DNA from: Utricularia gibba
Taxonomy: Eukaryota > Plantae > Magnoliophyta
Direction of reading: 5' to 3'
Assembly (NCBI GenBank): GCA_002189035.1
Contig: CM007989.1
Location: 6,076,001-6,140,000, forward strand
DNA length: 64,000 nt
Shown here: positions 48,701 to 61,145 of the stretch, in pieces
Numbering within the stretch: the stretch's first letter is position 1
How the letters are laid out: every line of letters begins with the position of its first letter
Made by a program: the position numbers and the translations under genes
Notes under the pieces: generated by a model
Database searches by the model: none
Told to the model about the DNA's origin: nothing
What the model saw: the letters and a program-made list of their open reading frames with translations, nothing else

Positions 48701-51189
48701 CCCCCTTTTGGTTTGTGTTTTTCCCGTTGGGGAAGAAGACCCCTTGTGCCCCCTGCTGTTCGCCTCAACTTCGCACTCTCCTCCTTTTTGAAATAATTTT
48801 CCCTTTTGCTTCACTCCATTGCACTGTTCGTGACTGCCAGTACTGTTCTCGGCCGTCAACACTTTTCCCGGCCTGAACTTGCAGACTGCGGTGGCAGTAG
48901 AACAATGCTCTTTGTCCTTCTCCGGATTTTGCGCCCTTTTCCCTTGTTTCACACGCTTGCAAGTCTGATTTTCGGGTGATTTCCCTACTGAACTTACTGA
49001 AACATTAGTAATAAAAGTTGTGGACTAAATCAAAGGATTTAGTCCGCTTTTCACATAATCACATGAGATTAACATAAATACCACTAAAACATGAAAAATC
49101 ACATTTATCTAACCTAAACCATAATAAAATATAACCATTTTTCAGTTTGAAATTTAGGAAAAATGTGTGTCATCAATTATCTTGACGAGTTTGATGCTGA
49201 AGATCAAAGGAAGAGTGATTATAGATGAATCGCCATCAACCATCTCAAGTACAATAATATTGTCACTTTCTTGGCTCAAAAGTTATATGTTGCTCAGATT
49301 TTTGAGCTTGAGTTTCTTTCTATGGAAAAAAGACAGTTCCATTAAATGCATATTTTCCATAAATTTCTTCTTTCTAATTCAAGGAAGCATGTTTGTTTTT
49401 AAGTCCCTTGTTGGAATTTGCAAGAATGTAAGAAGAAAGATAGAAATAAAACTTCTTTAAGGAAGAGAAAATTGACATGATGTATGATAAACTTGGAGGA
49501 CTAATTTAGGAAATTAAAGAACTTAAATAAGGGGTGAAAGATTCCTCCCTCATCTACCACTCAGTTGATGTTCTCGTTTAATTTTTTTATGTTTGTTTTA
49601 CTTAGTCATGTTTAATTAGTTCATTGACAGTTAGGAACTAAGTATTGTCAATCTGAGTTAGGAGTAATTTGATTGTCGACTATCATGATTAGCAGTGCAA
49701 AATGTTCATGGGATTTACGTTTATGTGAATGATGCTTTTCATGATGTGAAGGATACATGAATATTGTTATAACCTTTTTTCTTACTTATGAGCATGCTCT
49801 TAATATGATTACTTTCATGAATGAAAAACATGTGCAATGTAATCTGATTTGTGCATTCCTGATTTTTTTTTACCTAAACTGATCATGCTTGACTTTTTTT
49901 GAGTAAATACTAATTATAAATAAAGAATAGTATAAGAGGATGAAAATATAGGTAAAAAATGCACCATAAAGAGAAAAGTGATAGAACCATGTTTTAAAAA
50001 GTAACGCACAATAAAAAAACTATGTGCAGATAGAAGAGCAAGTAGAAAAATGACGATAGAGGAATAAAATCAAAGAGTAGGAGGAAAGCCCCTCCAAGAA
50101 GGAGAGAGTAGGAGTGCATGGCCAACACTCTATGCATAAGGAGGGGGAACACGCAATGTTTGAGTTGATTCTAAAATCTCTTCTTTAAAAAGATTAATTT
50201 TTTAAAGCACTTCTCAAGATGAAATTATCATGAATGCTTCAAATATGACTGATTAGCACACCAATGGTGTTTTATTTTAGTGTATTTATGTCTATTTTAG
50301 ATAGATATATACGAGTTAGGCAAGACAAACAGCCCAAGTGTTGTTCTTATTTTTTATACGAGTTAGTGCAAGAGCAAAGTGGGTTTAATGTTCATCAAGG
50401 TCCATACACATTCAGTACATTCTGGTTTGGCCATCTAATCTAACTAATTTGCAAAGGTATTTTTTAAAAAAGGAACAAAGTGGAAAAACAGTTTACGTAA
50501 GAAATTATTTAAGAGGTTGGCTACCAACAGAGTGGGGGGGGGGGGGGGGGTCTCCGATCAAAGAGATATTTTTTCGATAGTGTGTGAGAAAAAAGAATAG
50601 TTCTGATGGGAAGCTGGAACAGACTAAACCATTCAATGTGCTACTAGGCGAGTCTATGATAGATTGAGAAGGGAGTTGCCGAAAACCTACTGAACGAGAA
50701 GAAGAATACATGATGAATACTCAAGTTGGAGAATCATGCAGAAACATTTTATTTCTTACACTTTCATGATATTAAACTTACATGATTGTAATAACTATTT
50801 GGCTTGTATGTTCCAATTGTTTGGCTGTGTCTTTATTTTTATCATTTATCAACTTCACGCAAAAAACTGGAAAATTCTATTCACATGTTGGTCAGAACTT
50901 TGACCTAAACCCTTCACTTGAATTACTTAGGTGGTGCTTTATTCCTGATAAGTTGCAAAGTTTACTATATGCTATTTAAACTATCAATTTATGCAGTCTA
51001 TTTTCTACTATCTAGTTTATGAGTCAATACACGAATTTCATTTACTTCGTTAAAGTAGAGACTCACTTCCTCATAAAACCCTTTGTTTAATCTAGTTTGT
51101 GTAGAAGACTAGCAATTAAAACCTGATTGCTCTTTGTAAATCAATTTAAATTTACTACTACTATATTTATTTTAATGTAAAATATTTGT

Positions 51190-53450
51190 GAATTGCATGT
51201 TCAACATGTAAATCAAGATGGTGCTAAATTAGTTCGTCAACCTTAAATGCATCTTAACCCAAACATGATGGAAGTGGTAATGAATGAGATTGTGAAACTT
51301 CATAATGCATATATTATTTATTCCATTATTCATAGTGATTGGATAAACCAATCTATGCGGTGTCCAAGAAGACAAGCATGACTATAGTGGAGAATGATAG
51401 AAGTGAACTTGTGCTACAAAGAGTCCAAAACAGCTACATAGGCTACAGGATATTAAATAAAGTGAAAAAAAAGATAATTTCCTTTGCACTTTATTGTATT
51501 TTGAACGAATATTCTAGATATAATCAAGTTGCTATTTTAGGAAAAGACAAATATGAAACAATTTTCACTTATACATTTAGAACATATACATACAAAAGGA
51601 TGCCCTTTTTACTTTGCAATGCTCCAACCACGTTCTAGAGGTGCATGACTAGTATTTTTCCCAATTTTGGTGAAGACTTTATTGAAATATTTATGGATAA
51701 TTTCATGGTATATGGATAGAAATATGAATCTTGCTTCGATCACTTGAATCATGTTCTAAAGAAATATGTTGACAAAAACCTTGTTTTAAATTTTGAAAAA
51801 TGTCACTTTATAGTTGACCATGAGATTGTTCTTGTTTATGTAAATATGCTTTTAATTTCTTGAAGAAGGCTTATCCGACTTTGTTTCAACATGATTGATA
51901 ACACCAAGAATGGACTATCATGCAATGAACAAATTGAAGTGTAATGCAAAGTATTATCTTTAAAATGTTCCCTATGTATGGAAGAAATGCAATGATAGTG
52001 TCATTTAAAGATATATTCATGAATTTCAAATTCCAAAAATTATTGGTATATGTCATCCATAAACCAATGGGGAAGCTAAAGTTTTCAATAGAAAAATTAA
52101 AAAGATTATGGAGAAAATTGTATATCTGCAAGTCTTGATGCTCATCTCCATAGAATATCAACATGCAGCTACAGTTAAAGGAGTTGCCGCAAAGTTACAA
52201 GAGGAAAAAGCGGGTGGGAGAGGAGCCCATTGTACAATCGCAAGTCTTGGTTAAGAGGAAGAAGGGGAAATTTTAGAAGAAAAGGTAGAAAACTCAATCA
52301 ATGGAGCCTATTTTTGAAAACAAAACTATCATACCAAAGCCCACACTACCGTTCATAGAGGAAAATACTGAAAATTCCAAAGATAAATTACGAGATATAC
52401 CAAACACAAGAAATGAAGTTCATGAAAATGATAATGAGGAAGAAAATGAAGGAAATCAAGATAAAGAACTTGAAAATCCAAAAGAGAATGAAGCAATCTC
52501 AAGAGAGTACCACCGAAAAGGAAAATGAAACCACAATAAAAAGAAAGAAATTTCTACCTAATTTGGTTCCTTTTTTGTGGGTGTAAGAAAATTCTCATAA
52601 AAAAAAGGAAATATTCTAAAGACATTGGCAAACAAGGGAATATCTTATTTCAAGCACCATGCGCATGTTAAATACTAGATACTTGGACATCATAGCAGGA
52701 TCACATGCAGGTTAAGGGTACAAAGGTAACACATTGTCATCACATTCATTTCGAAAAACTAGTGGAGTTAGGAATAGCTGAAAGGGTTTATATGATGTTT
52801 GAGAGCATGGTAATCAGTACTCTATTTGAAATGAAACTTCCTACATATGTTGAATTATCTAATGAATTTGCTTCTACTTTCATGTATAAGATACTTGTCA
52901 GTGTATTAGAACCTATTGATGTTTCTTTTAGATTGATGGGTATCGAATTTTCTTTTTCATTGGTTAAATGAAATATAGCACTTGGTTTTTGTTCTGAACA
53001 AGAAGTGGATTCACATGAGTTTGTTACATTGTTTTTTGATTATCCTCATGAATTTGATTTAGAGGAATTTTATGCAATTTTGGTCATATTGTCACACATC
53101 TTGCTCATATTCTATGCTCTGAAAGATTGTCCTAGTTATAATTATTCCGTGTTGAAATTAAGGTAATCTAGATTCCTTTTTCGTTAAAGTTAGTGGATTA
53201 ATCAAAACTCAAGGAAATGGTTTTGTTACTAGATTTTTGGTAGGATTGTGTGGAAACACTATTCTAGGAAAAAGTAATGTGAACATGCCTGCATCTTCAA
53301 CTTCAAAGCAGGATGGCAAACAATGTTGTTGCCTAGAAATTATCAAGGAGATAAGTGATAAGGTGTCTGATTTAGTTTGTGAGATAAGAGAACTGAAATA
53401 GGGAGTAACCTGAAGTTAATTAATTGTTTGAAATTAATTAATTATTTTCG
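51190..53450 (+). mobile_element. Second degenerate Athila-type element (RT and env-like ORF2 remnants)
   Basis: LNPNMMEVVMNEIVKL..SDWINPIYAVSKKTSMTIVENDRSELVLQRVQN (~51250-51435); TYTYKRMPFLLCNAPTTF*RCMTSIF..IEIFMDNF (~51580-51705); ORF2 remnant 52600-53300 including ORF 52705-52971 (HFEKLVELGIAERV..PTYVELSNEFASTF..SFRLMG). Confidence 0.85.
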
Positions 53451-53899
53451 ATTTTTTTTATGTAGTATCAGTTAAACTACTTCAAATAGTTATATGATTG
53501 AGCATTACAACTTTGAGATGATTTAGATGCATGAGTTGTCTATACCCTTTGCATTCCCATGAGCATGTTTTTACCTTCTTTCATTAGGGCATGTGCTGAT
53601 TCGAAAAAAATAAGTAGTGAGATCTAGATTAATTCTTCATGAGTTGTTAGATTTCACAATTGTTATGGGTATTGATTGCCAACAAAAAAAAAGAGAGAAA
53701 GGAATGAATAAGGGGGACAAAGAGCTTGCATTTGTTGTCGCCAATTTGTAGCAATGGGGCAGGATTAGTATGAATGTCATCAATAATGTCTACCTTGGAA
53801 AATAAGGATGATAAATGAAAGAAGATATTTTCTTCAAGAGAGGAGAACATTTCGACAAAGAACAAAATGGGGGATTGAGGGGAAGAAACCACAAAAGAA

Positions 53900-54720
53900 T
53901 ACAATCATTGATGAAGAAGGAGATTTCAAGATGAAGCACCCCTACACTTGAAATTAACCTCAACTTAGTGCACTATTCCGGCCTTGGAACAGAGGTTGAC
54001 GGGAACAAACTTAACTTTATTTTGAATTATGTTTATTGAATATTTAGTATTATTACTTTGTTTTAGATTATGCCTATCAAATTGTTCCCAATTTTAATTT
54101 ATGAAGTCATGATTTTGCTTTTTATTATGTGTAGCTAAATTTAAGGGATACCTTAATGCACATGAAAGGGTTGTGGAACTAAGTTTTGGTTTTGATCATG
54201 ATTTTTGCATAGTAGATATTTTTGTACTGTGTCATAGGTAGATCTTAAAGGTAGTAAAACCAGTAACATAAGTTATAAACTCGATTTGGAGGTAGATCAT
54301 AGAGTTGGAACGAGCAAATTAAATGGTATATTCGGAAAGAATCAATAGAATGGAATGATCTAGTTTTATTTATTTCACAATTTGGTAGACCTAGGATGAA
54401 ATGGATTGGGAAAATAGAGAGTATCATAATAAAAAACATTGAAAATGACCAAAGTAGATCTAGATTATTTCAAGTTGTGTAAATGTACGATTGTGGATTA
54501 AAATTTGGAGTGTATTCACCATACCAATTGAATTACCTTAAGGTATCATAGTTTTCTTTTGTGCAAAAAATCAAGTTTGTTATATTTTGCATTGTTATCT
54601 GATTTAAAGTATCGGTCTTATATGTTGATGTTGGTTTAGCATAAGACTAAGAATGAAATGATTCCATAATCTTGCATTTTTAAAAATACATTATAAGCAC
54701 TTTTCATTTGTGATCGACCT
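53900..54720 (+). repeat. Athila-type LTR-like sequence following the second element
   Basis: Carries the reverse complement of the LTR motifs seen at 47900-48700 (ggtagatc/ggtagacctagg, gggataccttaa). Confidence 0.55.
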
Positions 54721-55491
54721 TGATTTTGCTATAGATTTTATATTATAAAATATTTTTATTTAAATTAGGATTATAAATTATATTTGTTATAAAAATTTAT
54801 TTTTTACAATGATATCAAAATTTTCGTTTATCAAATATAATTGAATTTTACATTATTTACTCATAAAAATTTATTTGTAAATACTTCCATTAAGTACACA
54901 ATCATAAAAAAAATCCCTTTATCTAAATCTAAATAACCTAAACGTCTTAATAATTCTAGCGTTGCTAGTCGACAAGCCCTTATGAGTCATATTTCTGTAT
55001 TTTAAATTATTTGTGTTTAAATAAATGTGTATCATTCGATTAGCATTAAAAGTATGTTTAGATATAAGTTTTACGAATATTTTTTTAAATGATGTTATCC
55101 TTGATATATGTGTTTAAAATATATAAAGAAAATATTCGAACTTTGTTTTATAATAAAACTCACGTAGAAGAAAGTGTTAGAAAACATGGTTAAAAAAGTT
55201 ATGCAAATATTTACAAATCATACATATATCAAAGCATATGTTTAACAAACAAACATAGTTATTAAAATATGCATGTTTTGAGATAGTGGTAACATTGAAC
55301 ATGGTTTTAGTAAGTTTGGATAAATAATTTTAATGATCTTTTCTGTAACTAGTTTAAAACTATTATTCAACATTTCGAAAAAAAATGAGACAATTAGAGA
55401 AACTGCTTACTCATAATATGAAAAGCGTTTCATAACGAAAATGGAAGAACATACATTTTTTGAATTTTGTAGTAAATTTGGCATGGTCTTT

Positions 55492-55613
55492 TGGGCCGTG
55501 TTTCTTTTTTCGAAAACCCCAATCTTACCGACGCGTGGGCCCACCCTAATTATGGGTGTCCGCCGATGGCCATGTGCTGCGTGCGAGGCCCATTTATATC
55601 CAAGGGGGCCCAC
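55492..55613. promoter_or_regulatory. Cluster of TCP/site II motifs in an isolated GC-richer island
   Basis: TGGGCC at 55492, palindromic GTGGGCCCAC at 55535, AGGCCCA at 55586 and GGGGGCCCAC at 55604. Confidence 0.5.
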
Positions 55614-58600
55614 ATCATGCGGGAGATTCATTAGAAAATTAAAAAATAATCCACGAAAAAATTAGTGTCAAGGATTCAGATTACGTCTCCCTCCTACAGC
55701 GACTGAAGTGCAAGGATTAATGGAAAACAAAGAAGAATCCTTCTCATGAATTTTATTTTCTTTCCCTCCGAACATGTTTTATTTTGAATGGAGTTGACGT
55801 GAATCATTTCTTATAAAAATTTATTAACAAACTACAAAAACCTACAAGCATTGGAAATTGGAGAAAATATTATTGATGAAATTAAAAAAAAAGAATTTAA
55901 AAACTTTTGTGTTATTACACAACACCATGTTTTATAACGATTCTCAAATTATATAAAGATTGCAAACAAATTGTTCTAAGTAAACAACATTCTAAACGAT
56001 AAATTAGGTGTAATATTGCTCTTTGAATGTCAAGTGTGTCATTTGTGATGAGCTAGTTATTCAATGACTCAAGTATGATATATCCATCAATTACCAATTT
56101 ATTGAGAGAATATTATCAAAAAACAGTATTTCTAAATTAAAATAGTTGTCCAATTCAACTTTGAGAACATGGTGTCATCTATTGTAACTTTGAGTAACAA
56201 CAGTATTTCTTAATTAAAATAGTTGCCCAAATTATCCATTACTGTTGCCTCTTCAATATTCTCTCCTCTAGAATTGGGATCGCCCATGTCTCCTCTTGAA
56301 TTGGTGATGAAGTTACAACTGATAGAAGTTATTCAATCTTCAAAAGTGTAGTTCTTCACAATTGATCAACCCTCAACTTTATTCATCACAATTGTAAATG
56401 TGTCATACTTCTTCCCTAGACTATGTCGCATGTAGGAAACTTTCTCATTATCATAAACGAGCTTCCCAATGCACTTAAACTCTCGCAAATCATCTTAAAG
56501 TTTTGAATATGGACAGCAAAAATCTTCTCTTCTTTCTATAAAAACATGAGTAGATGCCAAAAAGTTAAGCTCCTCAAATTCACAAGTATAGGTGCTTTTC
56601 TGTGTATCACAATTTTTTTTTTTTTTTTGCCATCTCTTGTTTGACGACATGAACAAACATTTCTTCTGTCATTGTACCTATCATCCCATCACAGAGGAGA
56701 CGACCAATTTTCTTCCATTCTTGATATTGATTCATAATTTGGGGAACAAACTCACTCTCATGATCTAAAGAACTTGTGTAGGAAACAAAATTCTAGGCAA
56801 CAAACTAGGAATATGATTGGTATGACAAGTACATAATTTATGGTGAGCTAGTGATTTATTGACTTTAACAAGCATCACATATCCATCAATCATCAATTTA
56901 TTGAGATAATATTACCAAAAAATAAATAATTTCCTCAATATATTCATACTCAAGTCAATTTCTCTTTGATTCTCAAATTCTTCCTTATTATTTCATTTAC
57001 TAGGTGACAGGTATATTATTTTATCAATTTGGGATGCACATGTTTTCCGGGTGAATTTTGAAGGATTAATCTAAATTTTATATTGATCGAATTAAGACAG
57101 TCTTTATGCAGACATTGGCCAATGATCTATGATTAATGTTCAAATTTTTTTCATGCACATCGACGACTGACGTCAAAGGCTAATTATTTCTAGGCATTTT
57201 TTTAATTAAAATCCAAAACTAGTTATTTTGTGAGGCTTGATTTAACATCCCATGGATGAGTTTCCCAAACGCAAAGTGGGTTTTACAGTCGAATAAAACT
57301 CTCATACAAGTCTTCATATTTTATTCTAAAAAATCACGCCTTTAAATGAAAATCACTCTCAAAAAAGGCCCTAAAGAGTTTGGGGAGTTGTGTGTCTTGT
57401 CTGTTGGGATCCTGTGTGGGGGTGGCCACTCTTACTCCGGTGGGGAACTTCATCTCCACCGGACATCATTCATTCATTAGTGTCGGCGGTGCCGTCGAGT
57501 CGGTGTTCTTGGGACAAAAGTGGTTGCACACAACCCACTGCCATGTAATAAATGCTAACGCCACAAACCCCCTGGTTTTACAAATAAAAATAAAATTAGA
57601 CTTAAATAAAGAAGTAAAATATTTATTTAAAACCATATGTTATATTTCATTTTTACACAAAATAACATTATATTAATTATTCAATTAAATTTAAGTTCCT
57701 TCGAATATTTTAGTTTAAAATTCACGGTTGGTGTGTTTTTTCTTCTGTCGTCGTCAAAAATTCATCCTCTTCCATCGAGCATTGGAAGGTGGAGCTGAAA
57801 TAAAGTCAAGAAATCATCCATTGGCTAATGGTTTTAAAGGATATCATAAAAAGTTATAGATTTATTTTAATTTAAGTAATATAATTTTTTTAATTAATAA
57901 AAAAATTATAGATAATACTACAATTTTATATCAAACATATTTTTAAAAAGTAAACAAATATTTAATTTTAATTGCATCCTAACCAATAACAGAATAGCTA
58001 TCGAATATTTCATGTTTGCTTAGGATGAATACTTTTTGTTTCTAAAATAATATTTTATAAATAATTTTATCATATGAATTTTATTTAATAAAAAAAAATT
58101 GGAAAAGTTTATTAATTTTGAAAAACTGCTGAGCTCCTATGCAAACAGCAGATAGAATGGTCGCAAGATCAACAATTGTGCAAGGAGTTGCGAACCGAAT
58201 CACTTTGTGGGCGGTCCGGCCGCCGGTCGGCCCCCTGTTGTGAGCATTGGTGGACAGGGCAGGGCACACGCTGTCTACGTTTTCCTTCCATTACGGATCT
58301 GAATGTTGCGTCCCAAATGCACCAGAGGAACCAAAGTCAAGACTGCGGCTTGCATTGTGGAAAATTTGAAGCCTGGGAATGGGTAGGTAAGCGAACATCC
58401 TCGAATTCAATGCAAGTAGGTAGTGATCAGAGATGGAACCCCACCAGTGTGCTAGGAGTTGATTCATTTCTGGTTCTGCATTTCTCTTGTCTCTGTCAGA
58501 TCTTGGCAAAAATATTAGGCATGTTCCAAATGTAGGCAACTGAGGGCACACTCGGCATGCACAGACTGGCGTTTTTGAACAATCAGGGCCTTTCCAGACA

Positions 58601-58910
58601 ACAGCACTATCACCTGCTTCGCCCTACACACTGACTGCTTGCCATTTCGGAGCAAGCAGAACTCACGGTGGAAGGGAGCTAACGGTACACACTGGTGCTT
58701 CTTTCTTTTCATCTTTGCATCTCAGAATGGCAAACGCTAATGAAACAGGGGATGAGCGCGGACTGGGGTGTCAGGTCAGAGAATCAATAAAGATATAATA
58801 ATATCATGGCGAATCACGACTAGACCCAACTCACAGGATTTGAAGTTTAACAGCAGATACAAGGGAAAGAATTATGCGGATGAACAAAAGGACACATATT
58901 TTTTCATACT

Positions 58911-60770
58911 TCAGGTGCTTGTCTTGAACCTGTAGAGCAGCTTCTTCTTCTTGGATGTCTGGTTATCGAATGTGAGCACGACTTTGCCCGCTTCAGTTAT
59001 CTTGAAGCTGTATCTGATGAGTTGTTCTTCCGCGGGACCTATCTTCCTGGGCTTCTGAACTATCCATGTGTAGCCTCCTTCCGCATCAGGCACGAACTCA
59101 GCCCATAGCTAATGTCCCAGCCAATGACCCTCACCTCCCAATCCAGAGTTCCGACCTTAAAACACAGCCACATTCAGATGTGATATTCATAAAACTGCAG
59201 TACTGGATCTGAACAATAAGATATACCTCCGTGATGGGCAGTTCCACTGTGTGCTTGGATGTTGGCTTGATGATTTCTTCAGTTGCAGAGTCAGCAGGGG
59301 TAAATGGTTGCTCACCATCCTTGTTAAGGCCACCATATTGAACAGGAAGTTGTTCTGGTGCTATGTACCTGCGATCCAAGATTTCCGTTTCAGACTGATT
59401 GGAATTCATCGAAAAACATACAACGTAATGAGGATGAATAAAAAAAACCAAATCTATCAGCACTGACTTAAAAAGAGTCTCAGTACTCCTTGTTGGCCCT
59501 GCAAACACAAACTTGCTCTTGGTTCTTTGAGTCAAAAATGGGCTGATCAGTCTGTTGTATGCCACATACCACCAAGGAACATTGATGAAAATCTACACAA
59601 ACCAAGAGTCCGAATCAACAAAAAACTGAACTCGCAGCTTGCAAAAAACGAGGTGAAATCATAACCTTTCTGTACCTGTTTGGCCACGAACTCTGGATAA
59701 TTGTCCTGAAGCAGCTGAAGAGCTTGGTTTGCAGATTGGCGAAGTTCTTTCTTGAACAATATGAGGCCTGGTGAGTTCTTAAGATCGATAATCTGAACAA
59801 TGGTGGAAACACCTTCAGGGGTGAAATCAAGTTTCCTTATATTTTTCTCCAAGAATTGGATGAAGAACCTCAAGAACTTGGCTCTTTTGTCAGCATCGGC
59901 AAATGCATTGTTGTATAGCTCCTTGTCCTGAAATTCACCAAAAGCGTTGTAACAAACCGGGTGTCCTTCGCGATCAACTCCATGGAGATAGACGACTTTT
60001 TCAAGCCCGTCATCGGTCCCTTGTTCTTCCAGAAGCTCTTCAATTTTGAAATCTTTTCTCCAGGCCACAACGCTTTTGAGCATTGTGAAAGCTTCCTTCA
60101 CTTTGAAGTCTCTGGCTCTCAAGAATTTGAGAAGAATCACATCGCTTTTCTCATCAGCGAGGAGAGTGACACCCCAGATGGAAACTTCCTCCGGTGGAAG
60201 AGGGGGAGCAGCTTCCTCGACCTTCAGCTTCTCTTCCTCCGCCGCCGCAACGGGAGGTAGCTGCTCCGTTGGAACAGGGGCAGTGACTTCTTCAACGACG
60301 GTTTCTTTGATCTGTTCAACGGCATCCGTTTTCTCCTTCACATCATCTGTTTCTGGTGGTAGCGATGCGGTTTCCTCAGCTTTCTCCACAACCGCTGCAA
60401 CGGCAACCTGCACTGCTTCTTCAATGACGGTCTCGGAAGCAGGCGGCGGGGGAGGGACTTCAGCCTGAGATTCCAAAGTTTTAACCTTTGGCTTTTCCTT
60501 GTTCTCCTCTTCCTCCGGCGGGGGCGGAGATGAGAACTCACGCTTGTTGAGGGCCTCTCGGATCAGCAATTTGAATTCATCCAAAGCTTTCTTTTCCGGA
60601 TCAACCAGATCCTCAACCTTGTTGCTTTCCTCCTTAAACGACTCACACTCCAGAGCCTTCCTCTGTTCCCCCAACACCTCCTCCACTGCCGCCTCAGCCT
60701 TCTCAACCACCACCACCGTCTCCGCCACGACTTCAGGCGCCTGAACCGGAGCCTTGGATTCCTCAGCCAT
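58911..60770 (-). CDS. PATL: Patellin (Sec14/CRAL-TRIO plus GOLD domain; patellin-3/5-like, ~535 aa if repaired; 4 exons); apparent -1 frameshift at 59102-59104
   Basis: Exons 60770-59676, 59592-59468, 59368-59227 and 59155-58911 (GT-AG, phases 0, 2, 0). Acidic N-terminus, then EEVSIWGVTLL.DEKSDVILLKFLRARDFKVKEAF, DREGHPVCYNAFGEFQDKELY, LQDNYPEFVAKQIFINVPWWY, YIAPEQLPVQYGGL and GOLD-domain WEVRVIGWDISYG(A)EFVP..YTWIVQK..KVVLTFDNQTSKKKKLLYRFK. Confidence 0.95.
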
Positions 60771-60996
60771 ATCCCCCCCTTCTTCTTCCTCTACAATCAA
60801 AAACCGAAAAAAAACCCCTCGAAAGCAGAAAACTTTACTGAACCCCAAAAACCCTTTCGCTGTCCGCGTGAGGTGCAGAAGAATCTGGTGACTAAAACGC
60901 GAAAAATGCCAGAATTTGTAGAGAGCCGAAGCCTGAAGTGAAGAGGAACAGTCTGTCACAGTCTTGGATTTTTGCCAGCTCCTCTTCCCACGTAAC

Positions 60997-61145
60997 GGGC
61001 CCCACGCCCCTTTTACGATTTAACCCCGCAGCAAAACGGTCAAAATCCATATTAAAAACACGGTGAATCCCACGGGGTAAACCATTTTGACGCAATTGCG
61101 GCGGCGGTGAAACATGGAAACGACGTCGGGTGAAGTGTGGGCCCC
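60997..61145. promoter_or_regulatory. TCP-type motifs upstream of patellin
   Basis: GGGCCCCAC at 60997-61005 and GTGGGCCCC at 61137-61145. Confidence 0.45.

Noticed and set aside
58660-58685. GAAGGGAGCT, resembling the miR159/319 3' half
   Set aside because: Only 10 nt match, and there is no precursor hairpin.
25417-59104. Programmed -1 ribosomal frameshifting as a shared mechanism for the split genes
   Set aside because: No X XXY YYZ slippery heptamer with a downstream structure was seen at the breakpoints; missing bases explain all four sites more simply.
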